The notes under the pieces: generated by a model
The model's input: the letters and a program-made list of their open reading frames with translations, nothing else
What the model was told of the DNA's origin: nothing
The model's database searches: none
Program-made: the position numbers and the translations under genes
Shown here: piece after piece, positions 9,408 to 18,848 of the stretch
Numbering within the stretch: position 1 is the stretch's first letter
Layout of the letters: the number at the start of each line of letters is the position of its first letter
Assembly (NCBI GenBank): GCA_005889075.1
Contig: VBDQ01000021.1
Location: 12,354 to 76,353 of the forward strand
Length of the DNA: 64,000 nucleotides
From: Chloroflexota bacterium
Lineage (GTDB): Bacteria > Chloroflexota > Limnocylindria > P2-11E
Reading direction: 5' to 3'

Positions 9408-9589
9408 TGACCGCTCGCCACCGCCACACCGAAGGGAATGACGCGACCTATCGCTGGCTCGCCCTTGGAAGCGCGCGAACTATAACGCACGAGAAACGTC
9501 CAGCGCTGCTGGTATGCTCACTACGCACACACAGCCACTCTCCGATCTTTGATTTCTTGCACTTCCCGCGGGAGAAGGGGACCTCTATC

Positions 9590-9727
9590 GTGAAGCGCAC
9601 CTATCAGCCGAAGACCCGCCGTCGTTCGCGCGTGCATGGTTTTCGCGCGCGCATGAAGTCGACTGGCGGTCGGCGTGTCCTCGCCGCGCGTCGCGCGCGT
9701 GGCCGCAAGCGACTCACTGTCGTCTAG
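9590..9727 (+). CDS. rpmH: 50S ribosomal protein L34
   Basis: [48 protein letters not shown] at 9590 is preceded by GGAGAAGGGG. The longer track ORF from 9407 is an upstream extension. Confidence 0.95.
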   Translation: MKRTYQPKTRRRSRVHGFRARMKSTGGRRVLAARRARGRKRLTVV

Positions 9728-9740
9728 CGCGTTCGCGTGC

Positions 9741-10076
9741 GTGGACGCCGCTCGCTTGCGGCGGAACGCGGACATCGCCGCGGTACGCAGCGAAGGCCGA
9801 CGACTGCAGCACGAGCTCTTCTCGTTGCGGGCGCGACCGAATGGAGCGAACGTGATCCGCCTCGCAGTGACAGCCCCACGCACCCTCGGGCGATCGGTCG
9901 CGCGAAATCGCGCGAGACGACGCCTACGCGAGGCCTTCCGCGTCGAGATCGTCCCCCTCGACATCGCGGGTCACGACCTTCTGATCGTGGCGCGCAGTCC
10001 CGCCTCGACCGCGGGCCACGCGGCGCTACGGGCGGCCGCGCGCGAGGCACTGCTGCGCTTGGACGCGCGGCAATGA
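9741..10076 (+). CDS. rnpA: Ribonuclease P protein component
   Basis: It follows rpmH and has the conserved RNR motif region ([17 protein letters not shown]). The in-frame GTG at 9741, after the rpmH stop, is preferred over the track start at 9675. Confidence 0.85.
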   Translation: MDAARLRRNADIAAVRSEGRRLQHELFSLRARPNGANVIRLAVTAPRTLGRSVARNRARRRLREAFRVEIVPLDIAGHDLLIVARSPASTAGHAALRAAAREALLRLDARQ

Positions 10077-10297
10077 AGCTTCTTGTGCTCGCCGCGCTGC
10101 GCTTCTACAAGTCGGCGGTGAGTCCGCTCCTGCCGCCTGCCTGCCGTTACACACCGACCTGCTCCGAATACGCAACGGAGGCGGTCGAGCGGCACGGCGT
10201 GCTGCGCGGCGGCTGGCTCGCTCTCCGGCGCCTGGTGTCCTGCAACCCCTGGAGCCGCGGTGGATACGACCCCGTCCCTGGAGCCGAGGCGACGTGA
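10073..10297 (+). CDS. yidD: Membrane protein insertion efficiency factor YidD
   Basis: [42 protein letters not shown]...[16 protein letters not shown] at 10073 overlaps the rnpA stop (ATGA). Confidence 0.9.
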   Translation: MKLLVLAALRFYKSAVSPLLPPACRYTPTCSEYATEAVERHGVLRGGWLALRRLVSCNPWSRGGYDPVPGAEAT

Positions 10298-11232
10298 CCG
10301 ATATCTGGAACGACGTCCTCGTCTATCCGCTGCTGACGCTTCTCGTCATCGCGTTCGACCTGATCCACGACTTTGGCCTCGCGGTCGTCGTGATCACCGT
10401 GCTCATACGCCTTGCTCTGTATCCGCTGTACGTGCGACAGATCCGCTCCTCGCGTTCGATGCAAGAGCTCGCGCCCGCGCTGAACGACATCAAGAAGAAG
10501 TACGGCAACGACAAGCAGCGGCTCAACGAAGAGCAGATGAAGCTCTACAAGGAGCGCGGCGTGAACCCGGTCGGTGGATGCCTGCCGATGGTGGTCTTCC
10601 TGCCTGTCCTCATCGCGATGTATGCCGCGTTCCAGCAGGCGCCTCATCTCGACGGCGCGACGCTTCAGGAGATCGTGCATCGCTATCTGCCATTCGTCCC
10701 CGTTGGGATACCGTCCGAAGGCCACATCGACATGACCGCGCACTGGCTTCCCTGGATCGAGGCCGCGGGCCGAGATCTCTCGCAGCCCGACCCCTTCTAC
10801 ATCCTGCCGGTCGTCTCGGCGGCGCTGCAGCTCGTGGCTTCGGTCATGGCCATGCCGCGCAATCCGCCGCAGACCGACGACCCGACCCAGCGGACGATGC
10901 AGTCGATGACCTACACGTTCCCGCTGCTCACGATCATCCTGTTCCGCGATTTCCCGGCAGGCGTGTTCATCTACTACATCACCACGACGATCTTCCAGAT
11001 CGTCCAGCAATACTTCGTGATGGGATGGGGACAGCTGCCGCGCTGGCTCCCGTTCCTGCGTACCATCCCAACACCCGCGGATCGTGCCATGCGCCAGCGG
11101 GAGGCGGCCGCAGTGCGGGAGGCCGAAGCGGACATGGAGGCGGCGGAGGCGCCCGGCGCCCAGCGGCGGGACGGCGAGGGGCGGCGTAACGGGAACGGGC
11201 AACGGCGACGCAGGAGGAGGGCGAGACGATGA
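10294..11232 (+). CDS. yidC: Membrane protein insertase YidC/Oxa1 family
   Basis: ...[66 protein letters not shown]..., with a basic C-terminal tail. GTG at 10294 overlaps the yidD stop. Confidence 0.9.
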   Translation: MTDIWNDVLVYPLLTLLVIAFDLIHDFGLAVVVITVLIRLALYPLYVRQIRSSRSMQELAPALNDIKKKYGNDKQRLNEEQMKLYKERGVNPVGGCLPMVVFLPVLIAMYAAFQQAPHLDGATLQEIVHRYLPFVPVGIPSEGHIDMTAHWLPWIEAAGRDLSQPDPFYILPVVSAALQLVASVMAMPRNPPQTDDPTQRTMQSMTYTFPLLTIILFRDFPAGVFIYYITTTIFQIVQQYFVMGWGQLPRWLPFLRTIPTPADRAMRQREAAAVREAEADMEAAEAPGAQRRDGEGRRNGNGQRRRRRRARR

Positions 11233-12116
11233 GTCCGCTTCGTGGGGAGGAATACACCGGTCGCTCCGTGGAGGAGGCCATCGAGCGCGGTTTGCGCGCC
11301 CTGCACAAGAAGCGCACCGAGGTCGACATCGAGATTCTCGAGAAGGGCAAGCCGGCGAACGTTCTCGGCATCGGCGGCGAGGATGCGCGCGTCCTGCTGA
11401 CCTTTCAGGAGGAGGAGGCGCCACCTGAGCCCGAGCCCACGGTCGACGAGGCTGAGGTCCCGCGACGTCCCGACGCGATGCGCGAGGACGAGGCGGAGGA
11501 AGCACCGCCCGTCACTGCGGAGGACCTCACCGCGGGCGTTGGCGTGCTCACCGAGCTCCTCGAGCTGATGGGCATCGAAGCCAATGTGAAGATTGACGAT
11601 CGTCCGCACTCCGAAGGGATCGACGTGCTCGGGCCGGACCTCGGCGCGCTCATCGGGCGCGGCGGCGAGAACCTCGTCGCGCTGCAGCAGATCACCTCCG
11701 CGATGACCTCGCGTCGGGTCGGGCGTACGGTGCACGTGCCCGTCGACATCGAGGGTTACCGCCGGCGCCGCGAGGAACAGCTCCGCGAGATAGCAACTCG
11801 CGTCGCCTCGCGCGTTCGCGCGACCGGCCAGGCCGTCACGCTCGAGCCGATGCTCGCGTACGAGCGTCGCATCGTGCACCTTGCGGTGCAGGACACGCCT
11901 GGCGTGAAGACCGAGTCCGTCGGCGTCGACCCGAACCGCCGAGTGGTCATCAGCTCCACCGCGCCCGGTGCACGTGGACCCGCTCCGTTCCGGCCCCGGA
12001 GCGGCGGCGCGTACCGCGGCGGCCCACCCGGCCGCTACGGTCCCCGAAGTGGGTTCGGGCCGAGACCAGGTGGATACCGCGCGCGGCCCGATTTCGGTCC
12101 CAAACACCGCCCCTGA
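11229..12116 (+). CDS. jag: Jag/KhpB RNA-binding protein (Jag_N, KH, R3H) with an Arg/Gly/Pro-rich tail
   Basis: N-terminal GRSVEEAIERGLRAL...VDIEILEKGK, KH-like GALIGRGGENLVALQ, R3H-like LEPMLAYERRIVHLAV. It follows yidC with an ATGA overlap. The C-terminus is an RGG/PRG-type low-complexity tail. Confidence 0.85.
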   Translation: MSPLRGEEYTGRSVEEAIERGLRALHKKRTEVDIEILEKGKPANVLGIGGEDARVLLTFQEEEAPPEPEPTVDEAEVPRRPDAMREDEAEEAPPVTAEDLTAGVGVLTELLELMGIEANVKIDDRPHSEGIDVLGPDLGALIGRGGENLVALQQITSAMTSRRVGRTVHVPVDIEGYRRRREEQLREIATRVASRVRATGQAVTLEPMLAYERRIVHLAVQDTPGVKTESVGVDPNRRVVISSTAPGARGPAPFRPRSGGAYRGGPPGRYGPRSGFGPRPGGYRARPDFGPKHRP

Positions 12117-12161
12117 GGGATACCGATAGCAGCGCGCTCGCGCTAGCGTTCAGACCCTCGG

Positions 12162-13382
12162 ATGGACGGCAACTGGGCACCCGCACGCGTGCGACGGAAC
12201 TTCCGGATCGACCTCACCAGCGCGATCCTCGGAGGCGCTTACATCTCCGTCGTCGTCACCTTCATGCCGATCGTGGTCCGCCGCATGGGTGGAAGCCCGA
12301 GCGACGTCGCGCTTGTCGTCGCCGCGCCCTTTATCGGTCATCTGCTCTCGCCGCTCTTCACCTTCCTGTTCGCTGGACTGCGGCCGGTGCGCGTCACCGC
12401 TGGCACCGCGACCGCGTCGCGCGTCGTGTTCCTCGCCGGCGTCCTCGTTGCCGCGACGCCCTTGATGCTCGCGATGACGACCGTCGTCGTCTTCGTCATC
12501 GCCGTCGCCAACATCGGGTCGTACACGTTGCTCATGCAAGGCATCTATCCAGACACCGAGCGCGCGAAGGCGATGGCGAACGTGCGCATCGGCGGCGCGA
12601 TCGCGGGTATCGCCAGCGCTGCCCTCGCGGGTGCGCTCATCGACATCGTTCCGGCGTCGGCGGTCTTCGCGGCCGCCGCGATCATCGCGCTCCCGGGGGC
12701 GATCTCGTTCTTCTGGATCCGCTATGACCCCGTCGCCGTCCGCACGCGGCGGCCAATCAAACAGATCGCGCAAGGCGTGTGGGCCGACCGGCGGTATCGT
12801 CGACTGCTCCTGGCGGCGACGGTGTTCGGGACGGGGAACCTCATGAACGTCGCGATCTTTCCCATCATGCTGGTCGACCACTTCGACGCCTCGAACTCGT
12901 TCGTCGGCGCGATGATGGTCGTGCAGTCGGCCACGATGATCGTCGCCTACCTCGTGTGGGGTCGCATCATCGACCGCGGCTCGTCGATCCGGCTCACCCT
13001 CGTCAACACCGTGGTCACGATCCTCGTGCCAATCGGCTACATCGCCGCGCCCGCGACGTGGGCGCTCCTCCCGGTCGCCGCCATCGCGGGCATCGTCACG
13101 GCCGGGGGCGAGCTGACGTTCTTCACCAACATCGTGCAGCTGGCGCCGCGCGAGCGGATCGGCGAGTACGCGGCGGCGCAGTCGTTGCTCATGGGCATCC
13201 GGGGAACGTTCGCCCCCTTCGTTGCCTCAGCCCTGCTCGGCCTGGTTGACCCGCGTGCCGTGCTCCTCGTCGGCGTGCTGTTCATGACGGTCGGAGCCTG
13301 GATCATGGCCGGCGCGGTCCGGCTCGCGACCACTCCGCGGCCGGCGCCGGTCGCGGCACCGGTGCAGACGCCCGCCGACTAG
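12162..13382 (+). CDS. MFS transporter
   Basis: 406 aa with about 12 hydrophobic spans and typical MFS loop composition. The family is not resolved. Confidence 0.8.
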   Translation: MDGNWAPARVRRNFRIDLTSAILGGAYISVVVTFMPIVVRRMGGSPSDVALVVAAPFIGHLLSPLFTFLFAGLRPVRVTAGTATASRVVFLAGVLVAATPLMLAMTTVVVFVIAVANIGSYTLLMQGIYPDTERAKAMANVRIGGAIAGIASAALAGALIDIVPASAVFAAAAIIALPGAISFFWIRYDPVAVRTRRPIKQIAQGVWADRRYRRLLLAATVFGTGNLMNVAIFPIMLVDHFDASNSFVGAMMVVQSATMIVAYLVWGRIIDRGSSIRLTLVNTVVTILVPIGYIAAPATWALLPVAAIAGIVTAGGELTFFTNIVQLAPRERIGEYAAAQSLLMGIRGTFAPFVASALLGLVDPRAVLLVGVLFMTVGAWIMAGAVRLATTPRPAPVAAPVQTPAD

Positions 13383-14131
13383 CTTCGGAGCGGAATCCCC
13401 TTCGCCCGCATCGCCCCCGCGAACCGATCCGCGATGAGCTGGTATCCGGCGTCCGAGGGATGGAACCCATCGGTCGCGACCGTCGCTGTCGAGACGAGGG
13501 CCGCGCTGCCGGTGAAGAGGTCGACGACGAACACACGCGTCGCGCTCCTGGCGGCAACGCGCGCGATCGCGTCGTTGTACGCGGTGATGCCCGCGAGAAG
13601 CCGTGCCTTGTCGACGCTCGCGTAGACCGGGACGCCGCGAAGATCCGGGACGTTCCCAACGAAGATCATCGCCGACGTTCCCTGCACGAGGCCGTCGACG
13701 ATCGCGCCGAGCGCGTCCTGATAGGAGGCGGGATCGATCGTCGCGTTGAGGTCGTTCACCGCGAGCCAGACCGTCACCACGGTCGGGCGCTGCGCGACCG
13801 CTCCGGGAAGCTGTTCGCGTTGCGCCTGCAATGCGAGCGAACCAGACACCCCGAGGTTGACATACGCGGCGCCGCTCGGGAGGAGCGCGGCGATACGTGC
13901 CGGCCACGAGCCGCGGGCGGGGTCGACTGCGCCCACACCTACCGTGTCGGAAGCGCCGATCGCGACGTAGCGGACGGAATTCAACGATGCCGATGAGGAA
14001 GGCGTCGCGGTCGCGATCGGCGAGGAAGTCCCGCTCGGCGAAGGCGTGACGCGTGCGGTCGCTGTCGAGGCCGCGTTGCACCCCGCGAGGAGCACGAGGA
14101 TGAGCAGATCAACCGCCACGACACGATGCAT
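13379..14131 (-). CDS. SGNH/GDSL-family hydrolase lipoprotein
   Basis: Block I is VAIGASDTVGVG, with further motifs NLGVSGS, WLAVNDL and GFHPSDAGY. ATG at 14131 gives the signal peptide MHRVVAVDLLILVLLAGC (lipobox). The track start at 14284 would overlap the tmRNA gene. Confidence 0.8.
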   Translation of the reverse strand: MHRVVAVDLLILVLLAGCNAASTATARVTPSPSGTSSPIATATPSSSASLNSVRYVAIGASDTVGVGAVDPARGSWPARIAALLPSGAAYVNLGVSGSLALQAQREQLPGAVAQRPTVVTVWLAVNDLNATIDPASYQDALGAIVDGLVQGTSAMIFVGNVPDLRGVPVYASVDKARLLAGITAYNDAIARVAARSATRVFVVDLFTGSAALVSTATVATDGFHPSDAGYQLIADRFAGAMRAKGIPLRS

Positions 14132-14182
14132 CACCGGTACAATTGTCTTGCCCAACAGGACCGGGCGTCCGATCGCGGACAC

Positions 14183-14536
14183 GGGGATGCGTGGTTTCGA
14201 CAGGGCAGGCGGACGGACCGCCGCGAGCCGAGGAACGCCGTTCCCCCTCGTTAATCCGAACGGCAGGCAGACAACTGCCAACACTTCTTACGCTCTCGCT
14301 GCCTAGTCAGTGAGACGTCCTCCCGGTCCCCGCTCCGCGGGCCGGGAAGGGCGCTATTAGCGGAGCTGCGGCCCGCCGATCGGCCGGTAGGCGGGCCAAA
14401 GATGAACCGGCCTGGCGAGAGCGAGGAGCGTGTCGGTGCGCGCCTCGTTCCGCGAGATCCAAAATCGCCGACTACGCTCGTAGACGCGATCCGCGAGCAA
14501 GCCTTGGACGGGGAGTTCGACCCTCCCCCATCTCCA
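14183..14536 (+). ncRNA. ssrA: tmRNA (SsrA)
   Basis: The 5' end GGGGATGCGTGGTTTCGACAGGG pairs with the 3' CATCTCC (including G3:U), followed by discriminator A. T-arm: GGGGAGTTCGACCCTCCCC. The internal tag reading frame ends ...GCC AAC ACT TCT TAC GCT CTC GCT GCC TAG (14277..14306), giving ANTSYALAA*. CCA is not encoded. Confidence 0.85.
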
Positions 14537-14640
14537 CAGGACGACGAGGCTGCCCGAGCGAGCTTGCTCGCTCGAGGCGGCCGAGGAAGTCCTGGAAGGC
14601 GCGAAGCGCCCTACAGGACAGAGCCGCTTACGGAGCAACG

Positions 14641-15063
14641 TCATTTCAGCTCGGCGCGCAGCTTCCTCGCGACGTCGGCGGCCTCGCCTTCGGCGTACTT
14701 CGTTCTGATCCAAAGCATCGGTCCCTGTCCTGGCGAAAACAGCCGATCGCCCTTCCGTCGCGGCACGACGTGCGCGTGCACATGCGGGACGCTCTGGCTG
14801 ATGCGCGTGTTCAGCGCTACCAGCGACCCCTCGGCACCCAGTGCCGATCCGAAGGCGCGCGAGAGCCGCTGCGTCAGACCGAAGAACGAACCCAAGAGCG
14901 AGCTTGGAAGCTCCTCGAGCGTCTCGACGTGCTCACGCGTGATGACGAGCGTGTGACCCAGGGCGAGCGGCGCCCGGTCCAGGAACGCAAGCACGAGATC
15001 GTCGCGATAGACCTCCTCGTGGGGCGCGCCGCGAACGATCTCGCAGAAGGCACAGCTCGCCAT
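14641..15063 (-). CDS. HIT (histidine triad) family protein
   Basis: MASCAFCEIV..., with the histidine triad HVHAHVVPR. The internal ATG at 15063 follows the stop of the upstream gene (15068). Confidence 0.85.
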   Translation of the reverse strand: MASCAFCEIVRGAPHEEVYRDDLVLAFLDRAPLALGHTLVITREHVETLEELPSSLLGSFFGLTQRLSRAFGSALGAEGSLVALNTRISQSVPHVHAHVVPRRKGDRLFSPGQGPMLWIRTKYAEGEAADVARKLRAELK

Positions 15064-15067
15064 CGCG

Positions 15068-15454
15068 TCAGCCGCGATAGGAGATGAATTCGAGCAGGCT
15101 GCCGTCCGGATCACGGAAATAGATGCTCATCCCCGGTCCGCCCGCGCCACTCCGGACGATCGGGCCAAGCTCGACCGCGACACCGTGCTGCCCAAGATGG
15201 GCGACCGCGTCCGCGATCGGTCCCTCCCATTCGAAACAGAGATCGCTGTTGCCAGGGACGACCGGCACGCGCGCGACCGCCGCCGCCCGGATGCCGGGAC
15301 CGTGCACGTTCAGCTGCTGGGCGCCGATCCGATACGCGATACGCCCGTCACTCTCGATGATCTCGGCGCCGATGACGTCGCGGTAGAAGGCATTCGCTCG
15401 CGCGAACTCGCTGACGTGGATGACAACGTGGTCGAGACGCACCTTTCGCAGCAA
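15068..15454 (-). CDS. VOC/glyoxalase-family protein
   Basis: 128 aa: LDHVVIHVSEFARANAFYRDVIGAE...SIYFRDPDGSLLEF, the typical VOC beta-alpha-beta-beta-beta pattern. Confidence 0.85.
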   Translation of the reverse strand: MLRKVRLDHVVIHVSEFARANAFYRDVIGAEIIESDGRIAYRIGAQQLNVHGPGIRAAAVARVPVVPGNSDLCFEWEGPIADAVAHLGQHGVAVELGPIVRSGAGGPGMSIYFRDPDGSLLEFISYRG

Positions 15455-15549
15455 GATAGCGAGGGCTGCCGACCGAGCGCTCGGCCGGGAATAGCCGGCG
15501 GATGGCGCGCGTTTTGCCGCAACGAAAAGAATGTAAGGAGGGATCGTCG

Positions 15550-16086
15550 ATGACCTTCGTCACTCCCGTCATCTCGACGGATGTCGCATTCGCACTTGTT
15601 CGTGTCGTCGTCGGTCTGGTCGTCGCGGCGCACGGCGCACAGAAGGTCTTTGGAGCATGGGGCGGTCCCGGCATCGAAGGCTGGAAGGCCGGAATGACGC
15701 GGATGGGGATGCGCCCGCCGACATTCTGGGGATACGTCAGCGCTCACACCGAGCTCGCTGGCGGCATTGCTCTCGCGCTCGGATTGCTCATCCCTGTCGT
15801 CGCGGCCCTCGTCACGATGCAGATGGCCGTCGCTATCCAGCGCGCGCACTGGGCGAAGGGCTTCTTCAACACCAAGGGCGGCATCGAGTTCCCGCTGACC
15901 CTCGCGGCAGTGGCTGCCGCGAACGGGATCGCCGAGCCGGGGATCTACTCGCTCGACCGTGCGCTAGGTCTGCCGGCGTTCGGCGCGGGCGCGTACGTGG
16001 TCGTTCTGCTCGTGGCGTGGCTTGCGTACTTCGCCGGCTCGCGTACGCCGCGTGCCGAGCAGGCGTCGGCCACGAAAGCCGCCTAG
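15550..16086 (+). CDS. DoxX family membrane protein
   Basis: LVRVVVGLVVAAHGAQKVFG...ELAGGIALALGLL... ATG at 15550 is preceded by AAGGAGGGA. Confidence 0.85.
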   Translation: MTFVTPVISTDVAFALVRVVVGLVVAAHGAQKVFGAWGGPGIEGWKAGMTRMGMRPPTFWGYVSAHTELAGGIALALGLLIPVVAALVTMQMAVAIQRAHWAKGFFNTKGGIEFPLTLAAVAAANGIAEPGIYSLDRALGLPAFGAGAYVVVLLVAWLAYFAGSRTPRAEQASATKAA

Positions 16087-16131
16087 CTCCCGCCTCGCCG
16101 CGGAGGCACGCGCGGTGCAGCAAAAGGGCGC

Positions 16132-16404
16132 GTGCCCCAGAACAACGGCGGTGGACGGCGACCCTCGAAGGACGAGGCCGCCCGCACGCTTGCCGCCCGT
16201 CGCGAGCACGACAAGGGTGACGGCAACTTTCCCTCGCCGCGTCCCGATGCCGAACAGCTCGAGGAAGCGCCGCGCGATCGCACGCCCGCCGATCTTCCAA
16301 AGGAGCGCGATCCGCGGAATGCGCCCAAGCTCTGCGGGTCGCCGCAGTCGCAGAAGGAGCGCAACCCCGAGCTCGATCTCCGCACCGAACGCCGATCGCG
16401 CTAG
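16132..16404 (+). CDS. Hypothetical small hydrophilic protein
   Basis: 90-codon ORF. By my codon-by-codon count about 78 percent of third positions are G/C and the composition is K/E/D/R/P-rich, consistent with true coding. I recognised no family and the RBS is weak. Confidence 0.35.
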   Translation: MPQNNGGGRRPSKDEAARTLAARREHDKGDGNFPSPRPDAEQLEEAPRDRTPADLPKERDPRNAPKLCGSPQSQKERNPELDLRTERRSR

Positions 16405-16438
16405 CGCCGCCGCTATCCTCTCGGCGGGAGGGCGGTCG

Positions 16439-16735
16439 ATGAAAGAAGCTCTCGAGCGTCTCGACGCGCTCATGAACAAGCTCGTCGAGGCGGACCAGAC
16501 CGGAGCGGGCATCGAGCCGCTACGCGTCGCGGGCGAGCTCGGCGCCATCCGGCACCTGCTCGCGGAGTCGCCCACGGTGATCCCAGCGAAAGGCGGACGG
16601 AAGCACTTCCGCTGCGAGTCCTGCGGGACCGTGGTCCATGGTGACGCGCCGCCCGCGCGCTGCCCGACCTGCGGCGCTCGCAAGTTCTTCGCGGCCGATA
16701 TCGAGCAGCCCTTCGTGGAGTCGGGCGCCGGCTGA
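16439..16735 (+). CDS. Small zinc-ribbon (rubredoxin-like CxxC...CxxC) protein
   Basis: MKEALERLDALMNKLVEADQ...HFRCESCGTVVHGDAPPARCPTCGARKFF. ATG at 16439 follows GGGAGGGCGG. The longer track ORF from 16022 is an extension. Confidence 0.6.
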   Translation: MKEALERLDALMNKLVEADQTGAGIEPLRVAGELGAIRHLLAESPTVIPAKGGRKHFRCESCGTVVHGDAPPARCPTCGARKFFAADIEQPFVESGAG

Positions 16736-16796
16736 CAGGCGGCGATTTGCCCGCGCTAGATCGTGCGTTCGACACCGACTGTTGCCGAAGCGACAG

Positions 16797-16837
16797 TTGA
16801 CCGATTCCTACGGGGACCTTATAGTTCGGGTCCCTAA
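16797..16837 (+). promoter_or_regulatory. Sigma-70-type promoter with an overlapping inverted repeat, upstream of marR
   Basis: TTGACC (16797..16802), a 17-nt spacer, then TATAGT (16820..16825). The inverted repeat GGGACC-N10-GGTCCC spans the -10 element. It lies about 35 nt upstream of the marR start. Confidence 0.45.
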
Positions 16838-16858
16838 CTATTTGGAGTCTGAACTTCG

Positions 16859-17338
16859 ATGACCACGACGTTGCACGAGCGGCCTACGACTCGGGCGGAA
16901 GAGCTCGAGCTGGCGGGGCTTCTGCTCTCCACCCTCCCGCGCCTTGGCAAGATGGCGATGCACGCCGGCGAGCAGAATCCGATCTCCGCGAATCGCGCCG
17001 GCGTGATGTGGCAGCTGCGCGAGCGAGCGATGCGCAGCGGTGAGCTCGCCCAGCGCTGCGCGATGACCGCGCCTGCGCTTACCGAGCTCGTGGACTCGCT
17101 GGGACGAGAGGGGTTTACCAAGCGCCTCGAGGACCCGAACGACCGTCGCGTCGTGCTCGTCGAGCTCACTCCCAAAGGACGGCGGGAGCTCGACCGGTAC
17201 CGCGAGTACATGAAGGAGCGCGTCGCTCGCGTGCTCGCGAAGCTGTCTTCCGAGAAGCGCGCGCGGCTGCGCGCTGCGCTTGCAGACGTGCTCGACGCGA
17301 TCGAAGCCACGGCGAAGGAGAACGCCAATGTCCGGTGA
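16859..17338 (+). CDS. MarR family transcriptional regulator
   Basis: 159 aa with a winged helix: SGELAQRCAMTAPALTELVDSLGREGFTKRLEDPNDRRVVLVELTPKGR. Confidence 0.9.
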   Translation: MTTTLHERPTTRAEELELAGLLLSTLPRLGKMAMHAGEQNPISANRAGVMWQLRERAMRSGELAQRCAMTAPALTELVDSLGREGFTKRLEDPNDRRVVLVELTPKGRRELDRYREYMKERVARVLAKLSSEKRARLRAALADVLDAIEATAKENANVR

Positions 17339-18848
17339 GATGACCCGCAGGGCACGGATCCTGGCGACCGTCGGCGTCGCGCTGGCCCTGTTCCTCGCGG
17401 CGCTCGACCAGACGATCGTCGGCACCGCCTTGCCGCGCATCGTGGCCGAGCTCAACGGCCTCGACTTCTACGCCTGGGTGGCCACCGGCTACCTCGTCAC
17501 CTCGACCACCCTGACCCCGATCGCCGGGAAGCTCGGGGACCTCTTCGGGCGCAAGTCCTTCGTGCTGGCGGGCATGATCGGCTTCGTCCTCGCGTCGGCG
17601 CTCTGTGGCCAGGCACAGAACATGGCCGAGCTCGTCGGTTTTCGTGCGCTGCAGGGCGTCTTCGGCGGCGTGCTCTTCGCGAGCGTGTTCGCGACCATCG
17701 GCGACCTCTATCCTCCCGCGCAGCGCGCGAAGCTCCAGGGAGTGTTCGGCGGGATCTTCGGCCTCGCGTCGGTCGTCGGACCGACGGTCGGCGGTTACCT
17801 CACCGACAACCTCAGCTGGCGGTGGGTCTTTTACGTGAACGTGCCCATCGGCATCCTCGCGGTGATCGTGTGCGTGATCACGCTCCCGCGCGTGGCCCAC
17901 AAGGCGTCGTGGCGCGACATCGACTTCTTCGGCGCGATCACGCTGGCGGCGACGCTCGTGCCGCTGCTGATCGGGCTGTCGATCACTCGCGACCACGACT
18001 GGACCTCGCCCGAGGTCCTCGGCCTCTTTGCGGTGGCCGTCGTCATGGGGGTGCTCTTCTTCGTCATCGAGCAGCGCGACCCGCACCCGATCGTGCCGTT
18101 CGCGCTCTGGAAGAACTCCACGTTCGCCGTCTCGACGGTCGTCGGGTTCCTCCTCGGGTTCTCGATGTTCGGAGCGATCCTCTACGCCGCGAGCATCATC
18201 ACCGGGCAGCTCATGGTCCGCATGAAGCGGTATCGCTACCTCGGGACGTTCGGCATGGTCGTGATGGTGTTCGGCCTGTACCTGCTCGCGCAGGTCAATG
18301 TCGGCACGGCGGAGGTGGAGGTCGTGCGCGACCTCGTGCTTGTCGGTCTCGGCGTCGGCGTCGGCATGCCGCTCTATCTCAACGCCACGCAGAGCGCTGT
18401 CGACCTCAAGTACCTCGGCGTCGTCTCGAGCCAGATCCAGTTCTGGCGGAACATCGGCAGCACCGTCGGGGTCGCGATCCTCGGTGCCGTGCTCTCGCAT
18501 GAGCTTCCGCAGAAGATCGCCGAAGCCACCAGCTCGCTCAACCTGCCGCCTCAAGCCCGTGCGGCATTTGGCGGCGGCTCGGCCAATCCGCAGGCGCTCT
18601 TCGATCCGGCCGCGATCGCGGCGACGAAAGCATCGCTGCCGCCGCAGCTCCAGCCGGTCTTCGATCAGGTGCTGCTGGCGATTCGCGGCGCGCTCGCCGC
18701 TGCGACGCACGACATCTTCCTGTACGCCGCCGTCGTCGCTGGCATCGCCGCGGTCATCTCGATCTTCCTGCAGGAGGTCCCGCTGCGCGGTCGGGCGGAG
18801 CTCGGACGGCGGAGCGAGACCGAGCCGGTCGCGGTGTACGGGAAATGA
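17328..18848 (+). CDS. MFS drug:H+ antiporter, DHA2 (EmrB/QacA-like, 14-TM type)
   Basis: LFLAALDQTIVGTALPRI, GKLGDLFGRK, LQGVFGG. ATG at 17328 overlaps the end of marR. Confidence 0.9.
   Translation: MSGEMTRRARILATVGVALALFLAALDQTIVGTALPRIVAELNGLDFYAWVATGYLVTSTTLTPIAGKLGDLFGRKSFVLAGMIGFVLASALCGQAQNMAELVGFRALQGVFGGVLFASVFATIGDLYPPAQRAKLQGVFGGIFGLASVVGPTVGGYLTDNLSWRWVFYVNVPIGILAVIVCVITLPRVAHKASWRDIDFFGAITLAATLVPLLIGLSITRDHDWTSPEVLGLFAVAVVMGVLFFVIEQRDPHPIVPFALWKNSTFAVSTVVGFLLGFSMFGAILYAASIITGQLMVRMKRYRYLGTFGMVVMVFGLYLLAQVNVGTAEVEVVRDLVLVGLGVGVGMPLYLNATQSAVDLKYLGVVSSQIQFWRNIGSTVGVAILGAVLSHELPQKIAEATSSLNLPPQARAAFGGGSANPQALFDPAAIAATKASLPPQLQPVFDQVLLAIRGALAAATHDIFLYAAVVAGIAAVISIFLQEVPLRGRAELGRRSETEPVAVYGK

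Noticed and set aside
9408-9589. A second DnaA-box cluster upstream of dnaA
   Set aside because: Only weak partial matches are present (for example CCGCCACAC). The region is better explained as the divergent dnaA/rpmH promoter spacer.
10147-11505. 452-aa minus-strand ORF
   Set aside because: It is antisense to yidD/yidC/jag, has low-complexity Arg/Pro content and no recognisable domain.
14357-14956. Two overlapping ORFs (118 aa minus, 184 aa plus)
   Set aside because: They cover the 3' half of the tmRNA gene and its flank, so the RNA gene explains the region.
17166-18710. 514-aa minus-strand ORF
   Set aside because: It is antisense to the DHA2 MFS pump. Its Arg/Asp/Glu-rich composition mirrors the hydrophobic sense frame.
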